From Thermoleophilia bacterium (GTDB lineage: Bacteria; Actinomycetota; Thermoleophilia; UBA2241): 64,000 bases of DNA. The notes beneath the pieces were generated by a model, which saw nothing but the letters and a program-made list of their open reading frames with translations, was not told the DNA's origin and did not search any database. Position numbers and translations under genes: made by a program. The stretch is from assembly GCA_040769125.1 (NCBI GenBank), contig JAXGLO010000001.1:736868-800867 (forward strand). Direction: 5' to 3'. Shown here in pieces: positions 42,839 through 52,817 of this stretch. The number at the start of each line of letters is the position of its first letter. Within the stretch, counting starts at the first letter, position 1.

Positions 42839-43636
42839 TCAGCCGGTTCCCAGCGCCTCGCGCGCATGCTCCGATGGCCGTGGGTAGTAGGGCCCATCGA
42901 AGCGCTTCGTGCTGATGGCGTGCGACGGACAGCGGTTGTAGCAGCGCCAGCAGCCGAAGCAGCGCTCCTGGTCGAAAACGGGGTACGGCGTGAGCGCGAT
43001 CGCGTTGTAGGGACATCCTCGCTCGCACGTGCCGCACCTCGTGCATGTCGCCGCGTCGACCCGCTTCTCTCCCATGCGGTCACGTGCAGTCGTGCGTGGA
43101 CGCTGTGGCATGAGGCGCGAGAGACGCGGTACTTCGACCGCGGCGAGGCTGGACACAGACGAGGGTAGTGAATCGACGAAGCGCTCGAAGGAGCGCATCC
43201 TCGCATGGCTTGGCTGATTTCCGAAACCCAGGCCGCGCGCGATCATGGGCGGATACGACTCCGGCATGCGAAGTGAGTGGGAGGCGACGACCGTGAACCT
43301 GGCGCTGCTCGCGGCTGCGATGAAGTCGGATGCGGTGCGCGCGCTCATAAGCCCATAGGTGTTGAGGCAGAAGGCCGGCTTTGCCGCCTGGTCAGGCAGG
43401 CCGGCCAGGTAGCGGATGAAGCGCTCGGGGATGCTGCCGAAGTCGGTGAACGTCGCTAGACCGACCGCATCATAGGCGGCAAGATCGGCGCCAGGAACCA
43501 CGGTGATGTCGACAAGGTCGACCGGGATGCTAAGACGTGCGGCGATGAACTTGCAGGCAAGCTTCGTATTGCCCGAACCCGAGTAGTAGCAGATGGCCCA
43601 ACGGATGGCCCGGCTACCTAGAGCGTCGTGCATCAT
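42839..43636 (-). CDS. Flavodoxin-like domain fused to a 4Fe-4S ferredoxin domain
   Basis: N-terminal flavodoxin-like motif ICYYSGSGNT and C-terminal CTRCGTCERGCP ... CFGCWRCYNRCP. Confidence 0.75.
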   Translation of the reverse strand: MMHDALGSRAIRWAICYYSGSGNTKLACKFIAARLSIPVDLVDITVVPGADLAAYDAVGLATFTDFGSIPERFIRYLAGLPDQAAKPAFCLNTYGLMSARTASDFIAAASSARFTVVASHSLRMPESYPPMIARGLGFGNQPSHARMRSFERFVDSLPSSVSSLAAVEVPRLSRLMPQRPRTTARDRMGEKRVDAATCTRCGTCERGCPYNAIALTPYPVFDQERCFGCWRCYNRCPSHAISTKRFDGPYYPRPSEHAREALGTG

Positions 43637-43699
43637 CGGCTGGCTGGTGGATCGGCAACTAGTTTGCAGCGCCGCAACCCACTCAAAGGTAGCAACGAT

Positions 43700-45085
43700 T
43701 CAGCAAACCCGATTTCGACCCTCGCTTTTCGCTCTATACAATAAATCGTCGGCCTTCTGGATGGTGCGTTCGACAGACTCACCTTGTTCAAACTCACTGA
43801 CGCCAATACTGACAGTAACTTGTCCAACCCCATCAAACTCATGATTTGAGATACGCTCCCGAATCCGTTCGGCAACGGCTCTACCAGATTCTAGATCTGT
43901 ATGAGGGCAGATAATAACAAATTCCTCTCCACCCCATCGTCCTGGTATGTCTGAAAGTCGTGTCGCATCTGTCAGTATTTTGGCGACTTCTATCAATACC
44001 CTGTCTCCGACTAGATGTCCATAACGGTCATTGACTTTCTTGAAATGATCTATGTCTATCACAAGGATTGAGCAGGGAGTCCCGTACCGTTCGAATCTAT
44101 GCATTTCGTTGAGAAGGGCTTCATCGAGCGCACTCCGATTCTTGATTTGAGTCAGAGAATCTGTTTGGGACACTTGCTCAAGGTCAAAGATATTGCTCGA
44201 CACGTGAGATGCCATGGCCGCAAATGCATTGGCTATTCTGCCTATCTCATCGTTTCTGAATTCTCGTGCATCGAAATTGTATTCGCCGCTATGCATCTGC
44301 TTGACCCATCCAGACAGCCTATTAAGCGGCCTGATGACATCTTTTTTAATTAGTCCGTAGCCAAGGAATACCATCGCGATAATGACTATCGATAGCGAAA
44401 GGGCAATTGCCTGATAGATTGTTTGCTTACTCTCTACATCGCTGACTTCTTGCTCTGTACGGGAATCAAGCAATTTATAGAATTTGTCGATTTCTTCCAT
44501 GATTCTAGATTTTGCTTGATAGTAAGCCTCACTGAAAACGATGTTTCGAGCTAGAGTCGAGTCTGGCTTTGCTTTTACGCTGTAGGTGCCTTCGTTATCT
44601 TGGTAGAGTCCTTGAAGAGCATTGAATGCTCGAGTTTCCAGTTTCATTAAATCGTCGGAAAGTCCTTTTGCATCTCGAAGTAGATTAAGTTCTGCTTCTG
44701 AGAAGTGTAAGGCTTTCATTTTATCAATGAGAGATATCTTTCTCCCGTTAGTACTTTTGTAATTCTTATGGGCAGAAATAAAGTCCCAATAAATGTTCTC
44801 ATAGTTATCCGGCCGTGGTGATTTGCCGTCACGAATAGCAGATATCTCTTTGAAGTATTCTAAAAACCGCTGATCACCAGTTATAACATAGGTACGCGCC
44901 ATGCGGGTGAGGTCGTCGGAACTGCGTCGCAACTCTTCAGCTAGTAAGCGTGACTCATAGCGACGTTTTTGTAATTCGTTAAGAGTATGTCCACTATCTG
45001 ATACCAACCACAGCGTAACCGCAAGAATAAACAACGACAAAAGCACCACTGAGTAATAGAGGACGGTTTTGTTAGTAATAGTCAT
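43700..45085 (-). CDS. Diguanylate cyclase with periplasmic sensor, HAMP and GGDEF domains
   Basis: N-terminal TM, ~250-aa periplasmic region, second TM, HAMP, GGDEF (RWGGEEF). AT-rich region. Confidence 0.85.
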   Translation of the reverse strand: MTITNKTVLYYSVVLLSLFILAVTLWLVSDSGHTLNELQKRRYESRLLAEELRRSSDDLTRMARTYVITGDQRFLEYFKEISAIRDGKSPRPDNYENIYWDFISAHKNYKSTNGRKISLIDKMKALHFSEAELNLLRDAKGLSDDLMKLETRAFNALQGLYQDNEGTYSVKAKPDSTLARNIVFSEAYYQAKSRIMEEIDKFYKLLDSRTEQEVSDVESKQTIYQAIALSLSIVIIAMVFLGYGLIKKDVIRPLNRLSGWVKQMHSGEYNFDAREFRNDEIGRIANAFAAMASHVSSNIFDLEQVSQTDSLTQIKNRSALDEALLNEMHRFERYGTPCSILVIDIDHFKKVNDRYGHLVGDRVLIEVAKILTDATRLSDIPGRWGGEEFVIICPHTDLESGRAVAERIRERISNHEFDGVGQVTVSIGVSEFEQGESVERTIQKADDLLYRAKSEGRNRVC

Positions 45086-45708
45086 CGTATCCTCACACGT
45101 ATATAAGCAGATTGCTTATGGCGCGTATGCACTGCCGAACGTTGCATCCTTGCGTTGTGCCCTTGAGCTTAAGCGCGCTCCTCTGCGCGGTTCCTATACG
45201 AGTTTCCCCGATTCGAGCGCGCTTCCTGCTGGAATCGCGGGCTGAACACATGAGAGTTGCGCACCTGCTGTCTAAGTGTCTCCTGCATGTGAAGATGCAC
45301 CACGGTCGGGGTGATCCTGTGCACGAGCTTGAATCCGTAGTGCGCGTACATGCGTTGGTTATCTTCGGCTTCGATCCCAGATTCATGAGAGCGCCAATAC
45401 GGTCGCCATCATCCATGAGCGCCGGCTGCGGTTCGCTGCCCGACCTGGTCATCGAGGCTCGGGAGCTACTTCGGCTACGTTGAAGACCGGGTGCCACCCG
45501 GCAACAATCATGATGGCGGTGAGCTTCCGCGCCTGTGTGCTGCTCCTGGCCCGGGTCGAGTGGGGCGATAATGCGCATCATTCTCGCTGCGCGCAACCAC
45601 GGCAGTGGTCCCATGCGCATCCGCCAGCTGCATCGTGCCGGCCTGTATGGTGCGCCGCATCACCATCCGGGCGCATGTGTCCGGATCGATGTCGGCGACC
45701 CCTCCGGC

Positions 45709-46221
45709 TCACTCAGTCGAGCTCGTCTCATGCTGTCTCCGAGCCAGTCTTGGGAAGAACCGACCCGTCCTCCGCTGGTAGTCGACATACGATCGCCCGA
45801 AGAGCTGAACCATGAGCGTCTCTTCATACCGAATCACATAGTGCCAGATCGGGTGAAGAAGCAACGCCCACAGAATGAAGATAAAGCTGTTGAGATAGAC
45901 AGCGAGGCCAAAGTTGAACACCGACAGAAACGCCGCGTAGAGGGGATGACGAACATACCGGAAGGCCCCTCGCGTCGAGAGCTTGTTGCCTCTCTCTGAA
46001 GCGGGTAAGGATCTTGCGCTCCAGATGATCAGGGCAAGCGTGGCTACCCCGGACACAAGAAGCACGGAGCTCCGGAAGAGTCGGCTTTCTGACAACGCGG
46101 GTGGGTCGAGTCGTTCGTTGGCTTGATACGCGACGAACAGCAGCGCAAGGCTAACCAGCAACCCGGCAGGCCCGCTCCCGAAGATCTTGCTGCACCGTGA
46201 TGGACGCTTGCTCATGGTCAA
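45709..46221 (-). CDS. Isoprenylcysteine carboxyl methyltransferase (ICMT/PEMT) family membrane protein
   Basis: Conserved RYVRHPLY and the C-terminal E..L motif of the ICMT family; 4-5 TM helices. Confidence 0.75.
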   Translation of the reverse strand: MTMSKRPSRCSKIFGSGPAGLLVSLALLFVAYQANERLDPPALSESRLFRSSVLLVSGVATLALIIWSARSLPASERGNKLSTRGAFRYVRHPLYAAFLSVFNFGLAVYLNSFIFILWALLLHPIWHYVIRYEETLMVQLFGRSYVDYQRRTGRFFPRLARRQHETSSTE

Positions 46222-46384
46222 CGTTCCGACTGCACCATCGTCGGCCTAACACGGATCAGACAGTCTGCACGAGCCCCCCGCGCTGCGCGAGCCCACCGGC
46301 GCCGAGCAAGCTCGACTCGCACGAGGATTACCTGATCAACCGCCTCAGCGACTTCCCCGAGCCTACCGTCGAGAAGTTCATCGG

Positions 46385-47167
46385 CTAGATGCCGGCGATT
46401 CGCTTGGCGAGCATCACGTAGAGAGCTCCCAGCAGCGAGTCGCAGCGCAGCTCGAAGCCGCTCTTCGGTCGCAACTGGGGGGAGAGGTGCTCGCCGAGCG
46501 ATTCGCTGACCTCGCGGCAGAGGAAGTACTCGATCGGCTCCAGGTAACGTTCGTGGTCGAGGGAGGAGCTGCGCCAACTTTTGAACTGAGCGAGATCAAC
46601 AGTGTCGGTCGTGAGGATTTCGCGCAGGACCGAGACTTGCGTGGACTCCGTGTCTCCTGGCCACAGATACACGAGATCGATCGCCCGCTCGTCCTCGCTC
46701 CAGCTCACTAAGCGCTGCGCACGCTCGATGTCGGCGCTGCGGTAGACGTCGAGCAGTTCGACGAGGCCGCCGATCCGACGGATCGTGCGGCGCCAATCGG
46801 CGTGGTGTTCGCCTGCCCGTGCCCGGCTGTCTGTTGACGCGGGCTTGATCGGCAAGCTGGGGACGCCGAGCCTTCCGTAGCGGGAGGCGAAGTCGGCCAA
46901 GGCATCAAGACTGGCGTCGTCTTCGCCGAGCGGCAGGCGTGCGAACTCGCGGTGCAGGTCGCGGTGGTGGCGCAGCGGTTCGTAGAGGCTGCCGCGCGCG
47001 GAGCAGAGCAACCAGGGCCCTGCGGGGTCGTCGCGGAAGGACGTCGATAGGTGCACGGCATCCGGCCACTTGAGCTCGTAGTCACGGCGCCACTCGCAGG
47101 GTGCCTCGGGGCGCATCCAGCTAAACTGTATCGCCGGCTCACTCGTGCTTTGGCGGTAGTTCTCCAC
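46385..47167 (-). CDS. Stand-alone paralog (260 aa) of the N-terminal domain of 28048..29457
   Basis: About 85% identical to residues 28-290 of the 469-aa protein. RBS AAAGGAG followed by a GTG start. It lacks the DUF1269 extension. Confidence 0.65.
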   Translation of the reverse strand: MENYRQSTSEPAIQFSWMRPEAPCEWRRDYELKWPDAVHLSTSFRDDPAGPWLLCSARGSLYEPLRHHRDLHREFARLPLGEDDASLDALADFASRYGRLGVPSLPIKPASTDSRARAGEHHADWRRTIRRIGGLVELLDVYRSADIERAQRLVSWSEDERAIDLVYLWPGDTESTQVSVLREILTTDTVDLAQFKSWRSSSLDHERYLEPIEYFLCREVSESLGEHLSPQLRPKSGFELRCDSLLGALYVMLAKRIAGI

Positions 47168-47443
47168 GCATCTCCTTTAATTTGGATACGACACACATCA
47201 AGTGTAGTCCATATGTCCCAAGTCGGCCATGATGAGCAGGATGCTGAGGCCGGACGCATTGGTGGAACGAGTCTCGTTCGCAACGCGGTGCAGAGGCTGC
47301 TCCGGCAGGCGGGCTGCGGTAGCCTGTCGTTTCATGCGGCTTGCTGCGTATCACCACGGTCCTGCCCCTCGGCGGGTGGACATACCCCGCGGTGAGCGCG
47401 GGAGGCGGCAGGATCTGGCAGCGAAGTGGGGAGGAGGGTCTGA

Positions 47444-48097
47444 GTGCATCTCTACGACGTGCTCATGCTCGCCCTGTTCGTCCTCCTGGCCTGGAGAGGC
47501 GCCCGCCGCGGCCTCGTGCGCATGCTCGTCGGCCGCCTGGCGGCCTTCGCCCTGGGCGTGCTGCTCGCCTTCCGTCTCCGCGACCCACTCGGAGCCTGGC
47601 TCGCCACGGTCTTTCCGAGACTGAGCCTGACGGCAGCGCAGATCGTCGCCTTCCTCGCGATCGTGCTGCTCGTCGGCGTTGCCATCCGCCTCGGAACCGC
47701 CCTCCTTACCGGAGCGATCAGGCATGTGCCCGTGGTCGGCGGCCTCAATTGCCTCGGCGGACTGCTCGCCGGTGTGGCGCTGGGCCTGCTCGGCGTCTGG
47801 CTACTCACGACCTGCCTGCTCCTGCTGCCTGCCTCGGTGGCGCCCTTTGTCGCCGGCGTGCACCATTCCAGGACGGTCCAGCTCGTGCGCAGCCTCACGC
47901 CGCAGTGGAGCAGCAGCCTCCGCGCTCATGCGCACCTCGAGCCGGAGATCCCCACGTGCATGGGGAAAGAATCTGCTGCGGGGGCAACTACAACGGGCCG
48001 GATCGGAGGTTCCCACGCACGCGGGGCTAGACTGAAACCCTGCCCTACCGGTCACACGTGGACGATCCGGGTTCTTGAGTGGCTGAAGGAGATCTGA
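47444..48097 (+). CDS. cvpA: CvpA-family (colicin V production) membrane protein
   Basis: N-terminus MHLYDVLMLALFVLLAWRGARRGLVRMLVG and 4 TM helices, typical of CvpA. Confidence 0.7.
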   Translation: MHLYDVLMLALFVLLAWRGARRGLVRMLVGRLAAFALGVLLAFRLRDPLGAWLATVFPRLSLTAAQIVAFLAIVLLVGVAIRLGTALLTGAIRHVPVVGGLNCLGGLLAGVALGLLGVWLLTTCLLLLPASVAPFVAGVHHSRTVQLVRSLTPQWSSSLRAHAHLEPEIPTCMGKESAAGATTTGRIGGSHARGARLKPCPTGHTWTIRVLEWLKEI

Positions 48098-48218
48098 TGT
48101 ATACGCTTCAGGTTGCTGCAGTGCGTCAGACGGTAGAAGCAGTCCCAGAGCGCCGGCGGCGAGACTCCGGAAGCCACCTCCGGCTTCGAGCCGGTCGTCG
48201 AGAGGCACGAGGGCGCCT

Positions 48219-49205
48219 TTGAAGGCGGCTTGGCGTCATTCGCCGAGGGGCATGAAGGCGTCTGAGCCTCAGAAGGCGGCTTGGCGGAGGCGGCCGTGGA
48301 GGGGGCTCTGGCTGTTTACGGTGTGTCTCGCCGTCACCATTACGTACATGAAGGTCCTCATTCCGCGCCTCGGAGCTCCTGATGCCAATGCCACGCTCTT
48401 CTATCCCACCCTGTTCTTCCTCTGGGGCTTCTCTTTCATCAACATCTTCCAGTTCTGGCCGTTCCGGCGATTGAGGCAGCCGTGGTGCGGCCTGGCCAGC
48501 GTCGCCCTCGGTTGGGTCGTGATTGTTCCCCTGTGGGCATGGCTGACGAAGGTCGTGGACCCGTACGCGGCCAACGCGATGGTCGTCTACACGCTCTTCT
48601 TCGTGTTCACACTCGCCTGGTTCTCTGATGATGTGACGTCGGCGATCCCGGTTCCGCAGCCTCTCAAAGGGATCGTGCTCGTCGGATGCAGCATGCTCCT
48701 GGGGTGGCTCGTTTACACGCAGATCGGGGTCCTGCCTCAGGCGTGGCTGTTCTTCATCCCGATGTGGCTCTTCTACTTCTTCGAGCTCTGGCCGGTTCCG
48801 AGCGGCGCACCGAGGGCTCTCCGTGTCGCATTCTGGGTAGCGGCGGTGCTCGGGGGTACCCTGCTGCTGAACTGCATCCACAATCTGGTCGGTGCACCGG
48901 TGTCCGGCGCGGTGGGCAGCGACCTTGAATCCATCGTCTGGGCCGGCATGACGCCCTTCTACGTCATGGAGGTCGTCGGTCTGCCAGGGCGCCAGCCGTG
49001 GAAGGGCATGAGGTGGATCCTCGGCATCTTCGCACTGGCCGTCGTGATCGGCGTCCTCTACTACTGCGTGATCCATGCGCCCGATTGGTGGATGTCGCGG
49101 TGGATCTTCGTGCTCTGGGCCTGGATCGTCGCCTTCCAGTGGATGACCTGGCCGTGGCCGGCGAGGGAGACAGCTGAGCGCGTAGCGGGCGAAGGAGGTA
49201 ACTGA
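48219..49205 (+). CDS. Trp-rich polytopic membrane protein of unknown function
   Basis: At least 8 hydrophobic helices. The start may be an internal Met. Confidence 0.6.
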   Translation: MKAAWRHSPRGMKASEPQKAAWRRRPWRGLWLFTVCLAVTITYMKVLIPRLGAPDANATLFYPTLFFLWGFSFINIFQFWPFRRLRQPWCGLASVALGWVVIVPLWAWLTKVVDPYAANAMVVYTLFFVFTLAWFSDDVTSAIPVPQPLKGIVLVGCSMLLGWLVYTQIGVLPQAWLFFIPMWLFYFFELWPVPSGAPRALRVAFWVAAVLGGTLLLNCIHNLVGAPVSGAVGSDLESIVWAGMTPFYVMEVVGLPGRQPWKGMRWILGIFALAVVIGVLYYCVIHAPDWWMSRWIFVLWAWIVAFQWMTWPWPARETAERVAGEGGN

Positions 49206-49337
49206 GCGCGCGGCGGGCGCGGACACGGCTGGATAGACGGCGCGTGTGGTGCACGCCGGATCGGCTGAGCCACTGAGCTGATGCCCTCACCTGCCAACGC
49301 GCTCGCCAGCCCTCGCACCCGGCTCGGCACCTTCGTT

Positions 49338-49385
49338 TGCCCAAAAAGAAGGGGCGAGCCCGGTTAGGGCTCGCCCCTGTTCGTG
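49338..49385. terminator. Bidirectional rho-independent terminator
   Basis: aaaaagaaggggcgagcccggttagggctcgcccctgttcgtg: a perfect 11-bp GC stem flanked by an A-run on one side and a T-rich tract on the other, between convergent genes. Confidence 0.55.
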
Positions 49386-49518
49386 TTGCGCCGTCCAGCG
49401 CTGCACCTCGTCGGGTACGTCTGTCATGAACGCCACCTCTTTCTCGCACTCATCATGAATGCGTACTAAGGGTGGCTTCAAGAATCAGGGGAGCAGGATA
49501 CGACGGCGTTCAGGGGCG

Positions 49519-50856
49519 TTAATAGACCGTGATTCGGTTTCTTCCCTTCACTTTTGATTCATACAGGGCTTCATCGGCCTCTTGGTACAGGGCCTCAAAA
49601 CTCTTGTCCTTCTCATAGAAGGTTACCCCGATGCTGCTGCTTATGGTCACAGTACCTGCCACGCCCTTGATATCCCTATGCATCCGTAAGCGAATATCCT
49701 CAAGCTTCTTATTAACGAAATCGGCCTTGCGCTCAAATGGAAGATACAGCATGAACTCATCCCCGCCGAGCCTGGCTACTATGTCTGTTTCGCGTACCGA
49801 GTTCTTCAGTATTGCCGCTGTGGTTGCAAGAACCTCGTCTCCTATTTGATGACCGAGAACATCGTTAACACTCTTGAAGTTGTCCAGATCCATAACTACA
49901 AAAGCTCCACCTTTATACAGCTTGCTTTTGATTATGGAGGTGATCGCATGAGTGCCGCCGGCTCGATTGTATATCCCCGTCAGTCCATCGGTTCTTGATT
50001 TTTCTATCAGGGTCTGTCTGGCAGTGAACACGAAACCCATGATGATGCCTACAGCCAGGGAAACGGCGACAAAGGCGAGTACCCTAAGCGATAGGCCGGA
50101 TTTGCTGTACCAACCATGTTGCGGCGCGATAGATAGCCTGAAGTCCACATTGGATATGGAAAAGTCGGAAGATATGAAGTCGTCGTTTTCTGAGCTTCTA
50201 CCGGAGTAGATATCATGGTATTCTCCACTATCCGGCATTCTTTTCTCTAAAATGAAATCATAGTTTAAGTTATCGTGCAGGTTATTGGTACTCCTGGATA
50301 TTACATCCGGGAACCTCATGGTTACTGATACCAATCCGCTATATTGTGGTTTGGATTGAGCATCAGGCAGTCTAACTGCTAGTCTGGCAGAGAAGGCCTT
50401 ACCGCCCTGTTGCAAATCATATGGACCAGTTAGGATTACTTCATCTGATTCTATTGCCAACTCAGCATCGTGAGCGCTTTTGTTTTCAGGACTCAATAAG
50501 TTCAAGCCAACAATGGATTCATTGCCTTCCAATGGATAGACTATCTTCACTATTGAGTCTGGAGCATAGAGTATGTTATAAATACTGGGATTGCTAAGTA
50601 TCCGTTCCCCTATAAGCGCCGGATCTACATTCTTTCCGTTAGCTCCGAATACTAAGGCTCTAAGCTCATATACTGAACTAATACTCAGCATGAACTCATC
50701 TTTTAAAGAAGCAACTTGGTTGTCCAAGACAGAAGCCGCCTCAAGTTTAAATAGAGCTCTTTCGTCGGACACCAGATTGATTATGTATAATGTGCTAATG
50801 ACGAGAGCAATACATGTTGAAAAGAATGCTACTTTGATTCTTTTGTCGCGCCACAT
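49519..50856 (-). CDS. Diguanylate cyclase with an extracytoplasmic sensor domain (CHASE-like) and GGDEF
   Basis: N-terminal TM, large periplasmic domain, second TM, GGDEF (RLGGDEF). Strongly AT-rich. Confidence 0.85.
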   Translation of the reverse strand: MWRDKRIKVAFFSTCIALVISTLYIINLVSDERALFKLEAASVLDNQVASLKDEFMLSISSVYELRALVFGANGKNVDPALIGERILSNPSIYNILYAPDSIVKIVYPLEGNESIVGLNLLSPENKSAHDAELAIESDEVILTGPYDLQQGGKAFSARLAVRLPDAQSKPQYSGLVSVTMRFPDVISRSTNNLHDNLNYDFILEKRMPDSGEYHDIYSGRSSENDDFISSDFSISNVDFRLSIAPQHGWYSKSGLSLRVLAFVAVSLAVGIIMGFVFTARQTLIEKSRTDGLTGIYNRAGGTHAITSIIKSKLYKGGAFVVMDLDNFKSVNDVLGHQIGDEVLATTAAILKNSVRETDIVARLGGDEFMLYLPFERKADFVNKKLEDIRLRMHRDIKGVAGTVTISSSIGVTFYEKDKSFEALYQEADEALYESKVKGRNRITVY

Positions 50857-51678
50857 GTGAGCTATCCCTCTCGGACTGTCTGAACAACAGTTGGCACATG
50901 GACATGTCGGAGTTGTGCCGTGTCTTCACGGCGGATTCCGAGGTAAGTGGTGGAGCGAAGCGTAGTTCTATTAACGATCTTGGCCATCTTCCGTGCTGCG
51001 CACGGCGCTTCGGAGTTGTGGCGCTTGGCGTCGGTCAGCCGTGGACCTGCCCAGTTGCCGGGACTCTGCCGGCTGGTCGCCGCGATGCTGTGGGGCACCC
51101 CCTGTTGCTCCCTCACTGAGGTGGACCGACCTGATGGTAGTTTGGGCGCCTGGATGAGTGATGTCATGCGAGTGTCGGGATGCTCATGCCGCCGGCGCGA
51201 TCACCGCGAAGCGGCAGCGTTTGAGGTTTAGTGCATGCCCTACCACGTACGGGTGAAATTCATGCATTCGCTGATGGTGTATGCCGTGAGTTGGGTCTCA
51301 CCGGGCTCGATGTGTTTTGGATCTTCTGGGGTTCGGGGTTAGTGCTCGAGCACAGACGCCATGTGAGGCTGGTCGGCCTGTCGCTGCAGGCGAGATGGTG
51401 TTTCGTGGGAAGCCGTTTCAGTTTCATAGTGAAGAGATCGATCTGATACGCGTCTCCCATAAGGATCGGCTGTCGGCCGAGGTGTTGTGCGAATTGTGAG
51501 GAGGTCGTTGGGCGTGGGTGGCGGGGTGCCTCTGGCTGCTTCGCTCTGAGAGCAACTTGTCCAGGTAGCGGCCCGCGGGTGCATGCGCTGACCTGTTGCT
51601 TTCCGAAGCGGCTGTCCTGAGCTGCGGCTATCGCGGCTGATACAGTCCTCTTGGGTCCAGAATGAGGCAGGGGGAGCT

Positions 51679-52233
51679 ATGGGACTGTTCGGGAGGCGCA
51701 AGGAGCGACATGGCGGAGAACGGAAGTCCGGGCAGGTGCGTGTCGAGGACGATCGGGTGGCAGCGCTGCTCGCGACTTACGACCCCAATACAGAACTGAG
51801 TCCGGACGACGCTGCGGAACTCGGGGCCAAGATCCGTGCTGTTTATGACAGCAACCCTGATGGCGGCGCCTTCGATGGGCTGTACCCGGTGCTTAGGCGG
51901 CTGGAGCAGGAGTCAGGCTTGGTCCGCGGGAGGCACTACACCGAATGGGTCCCTACGCTCGACGAGCTACGGAGCTCTAGGGATGACGATGGCGCTTTGG
52001 CGCTCCTCCTGGAGTGCATCGATGCGGCGGAGCGTGCCGCCCGCGTCGCGGGGATGGAGCCGGCGCCGGGCTACACCAAGCGAGCGGCTGTGATCTACCG
52101 CCGTCGCAAGGACTACGCCAGCGAGATTCAGGTGTTGGAGCGCTGGGAAGCGGCCGCTCCTCCAAGGTACAAAGGGGCCATGAAGGAGCGTCTCGCTGCC
52201 GCCAGGAAGCTGCAGGAGAAGCATCAAGGGTGA
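51679..52233 (+). CDS. Hypothetical protein (184 aa)
   Basis: Clean ORF with GGGGGAG-like SD. No recognisable domain. Confidence 0.55.
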   Translation: MGLFGRRKERHGGERKSGQVRVEDDRVAALLATYDPNTELSPDDAAELGAKIRAVYDSNPDGGAFDGLYPVLRRLEQESGLVRGRHYTEWVPTLDELRSSRDDDGALALLLECIDAAERAARVAGMEPAPGYTKRAAVIYRRRKDYASEIQVLERWEAAAPPRYKGAMKERLAAARKLQEKHQG

Positions 52234-52559
52234 CGTGGAAGCTCAGCCTCAACGTCGGCTGCCGCACGTTTCCTGCGGATTGAGTTCACATGGCCAGTGA
52301 ACAGCGCGCACACTGTCCCTTTTAGACGCGCGCTACAAGTAATGTGGCCACACTCGCATCGGTTGCGGCAACACACAGGCGGTGCATCGGAGCGCCGACA
52401 AGCAGGGCGGTGCGCCTGAGCGACCATAAGTAAAGCGGTGTACCGGAGCGTCGGCAGCCGGTGCCCGAGGGGGCCCTCTTGCGTAGAGGCTGCCCGCTGA
52501 CGGCGGCGGCGCTGCCGTGCCGGCGCGTTTTGGCGATCGCAGGGATTGACCGGAGCGCC

Positions 52560-52770
52560 GGCTTGCCTATACTCTGTTGAGGATTACTCTCAGCTGCTGG
52601 GAATCCGGTCAAAGGCCGGAGCTGCCCCGCAACTGTAGGCGCAGACGATCACCGCATTGTGCCGCCGTCTCACGACGTGAAGGCACGGTCGGTAGTCCGA
52701 AGCGCAAGCCAGGTACCACGGCTGGGAGTGCATCGCGAATAGACCTCGAGGGAGGGCTGCGGTGAGCTTG
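52560..52770 (+). ncRNA. Cobalamin (B12) riboswitch upstream of the cbi operon
   Basis: The conserved core gggaatccggtcaaaggccggagctgccccgcaactgtagg plus a downstream gaaggcacggtcgg B12-box-like segment. Position is ~50-250 nt upstream of cbiA. Confidence 0.6.
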
Positions 52771-52817
52771 CGTACTCTTCGCATCGCGTCGCCGGAGGTA
52801 CTCCGGGGCGCGGTTCT

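Noticed and set aside
45169-45351. 60-aa minus-strand ORF resembling a GNAT acetyltransferase C-terminus (NQRMYAHYGFKLVHRI)
   Set aside because: Only a short C-terminal-like piece with no start or upstream domain in frame; probably a decayed fragment in the GGDEF-associated AT-rich patch. Too weak to annotate.
46197-46388. 63-aa plus-strand ORF ending EDYLINRLSDFPEPTVEKFIG
   Set aside because: No RBS, it overlaps the ICMT-like gene's upstream region, and it has no recognisable family. Likely non-coding.
50860-51680. 800-nt gene-free interval searched for ncRNA or small proteins
   Set aside because: It contains only short ORFs (60-94 aa) lacking RBSs and no recognisable RNA motif. It may hold promoters for the divergent GGDEF and 51679 genes, but nothing could be supported.
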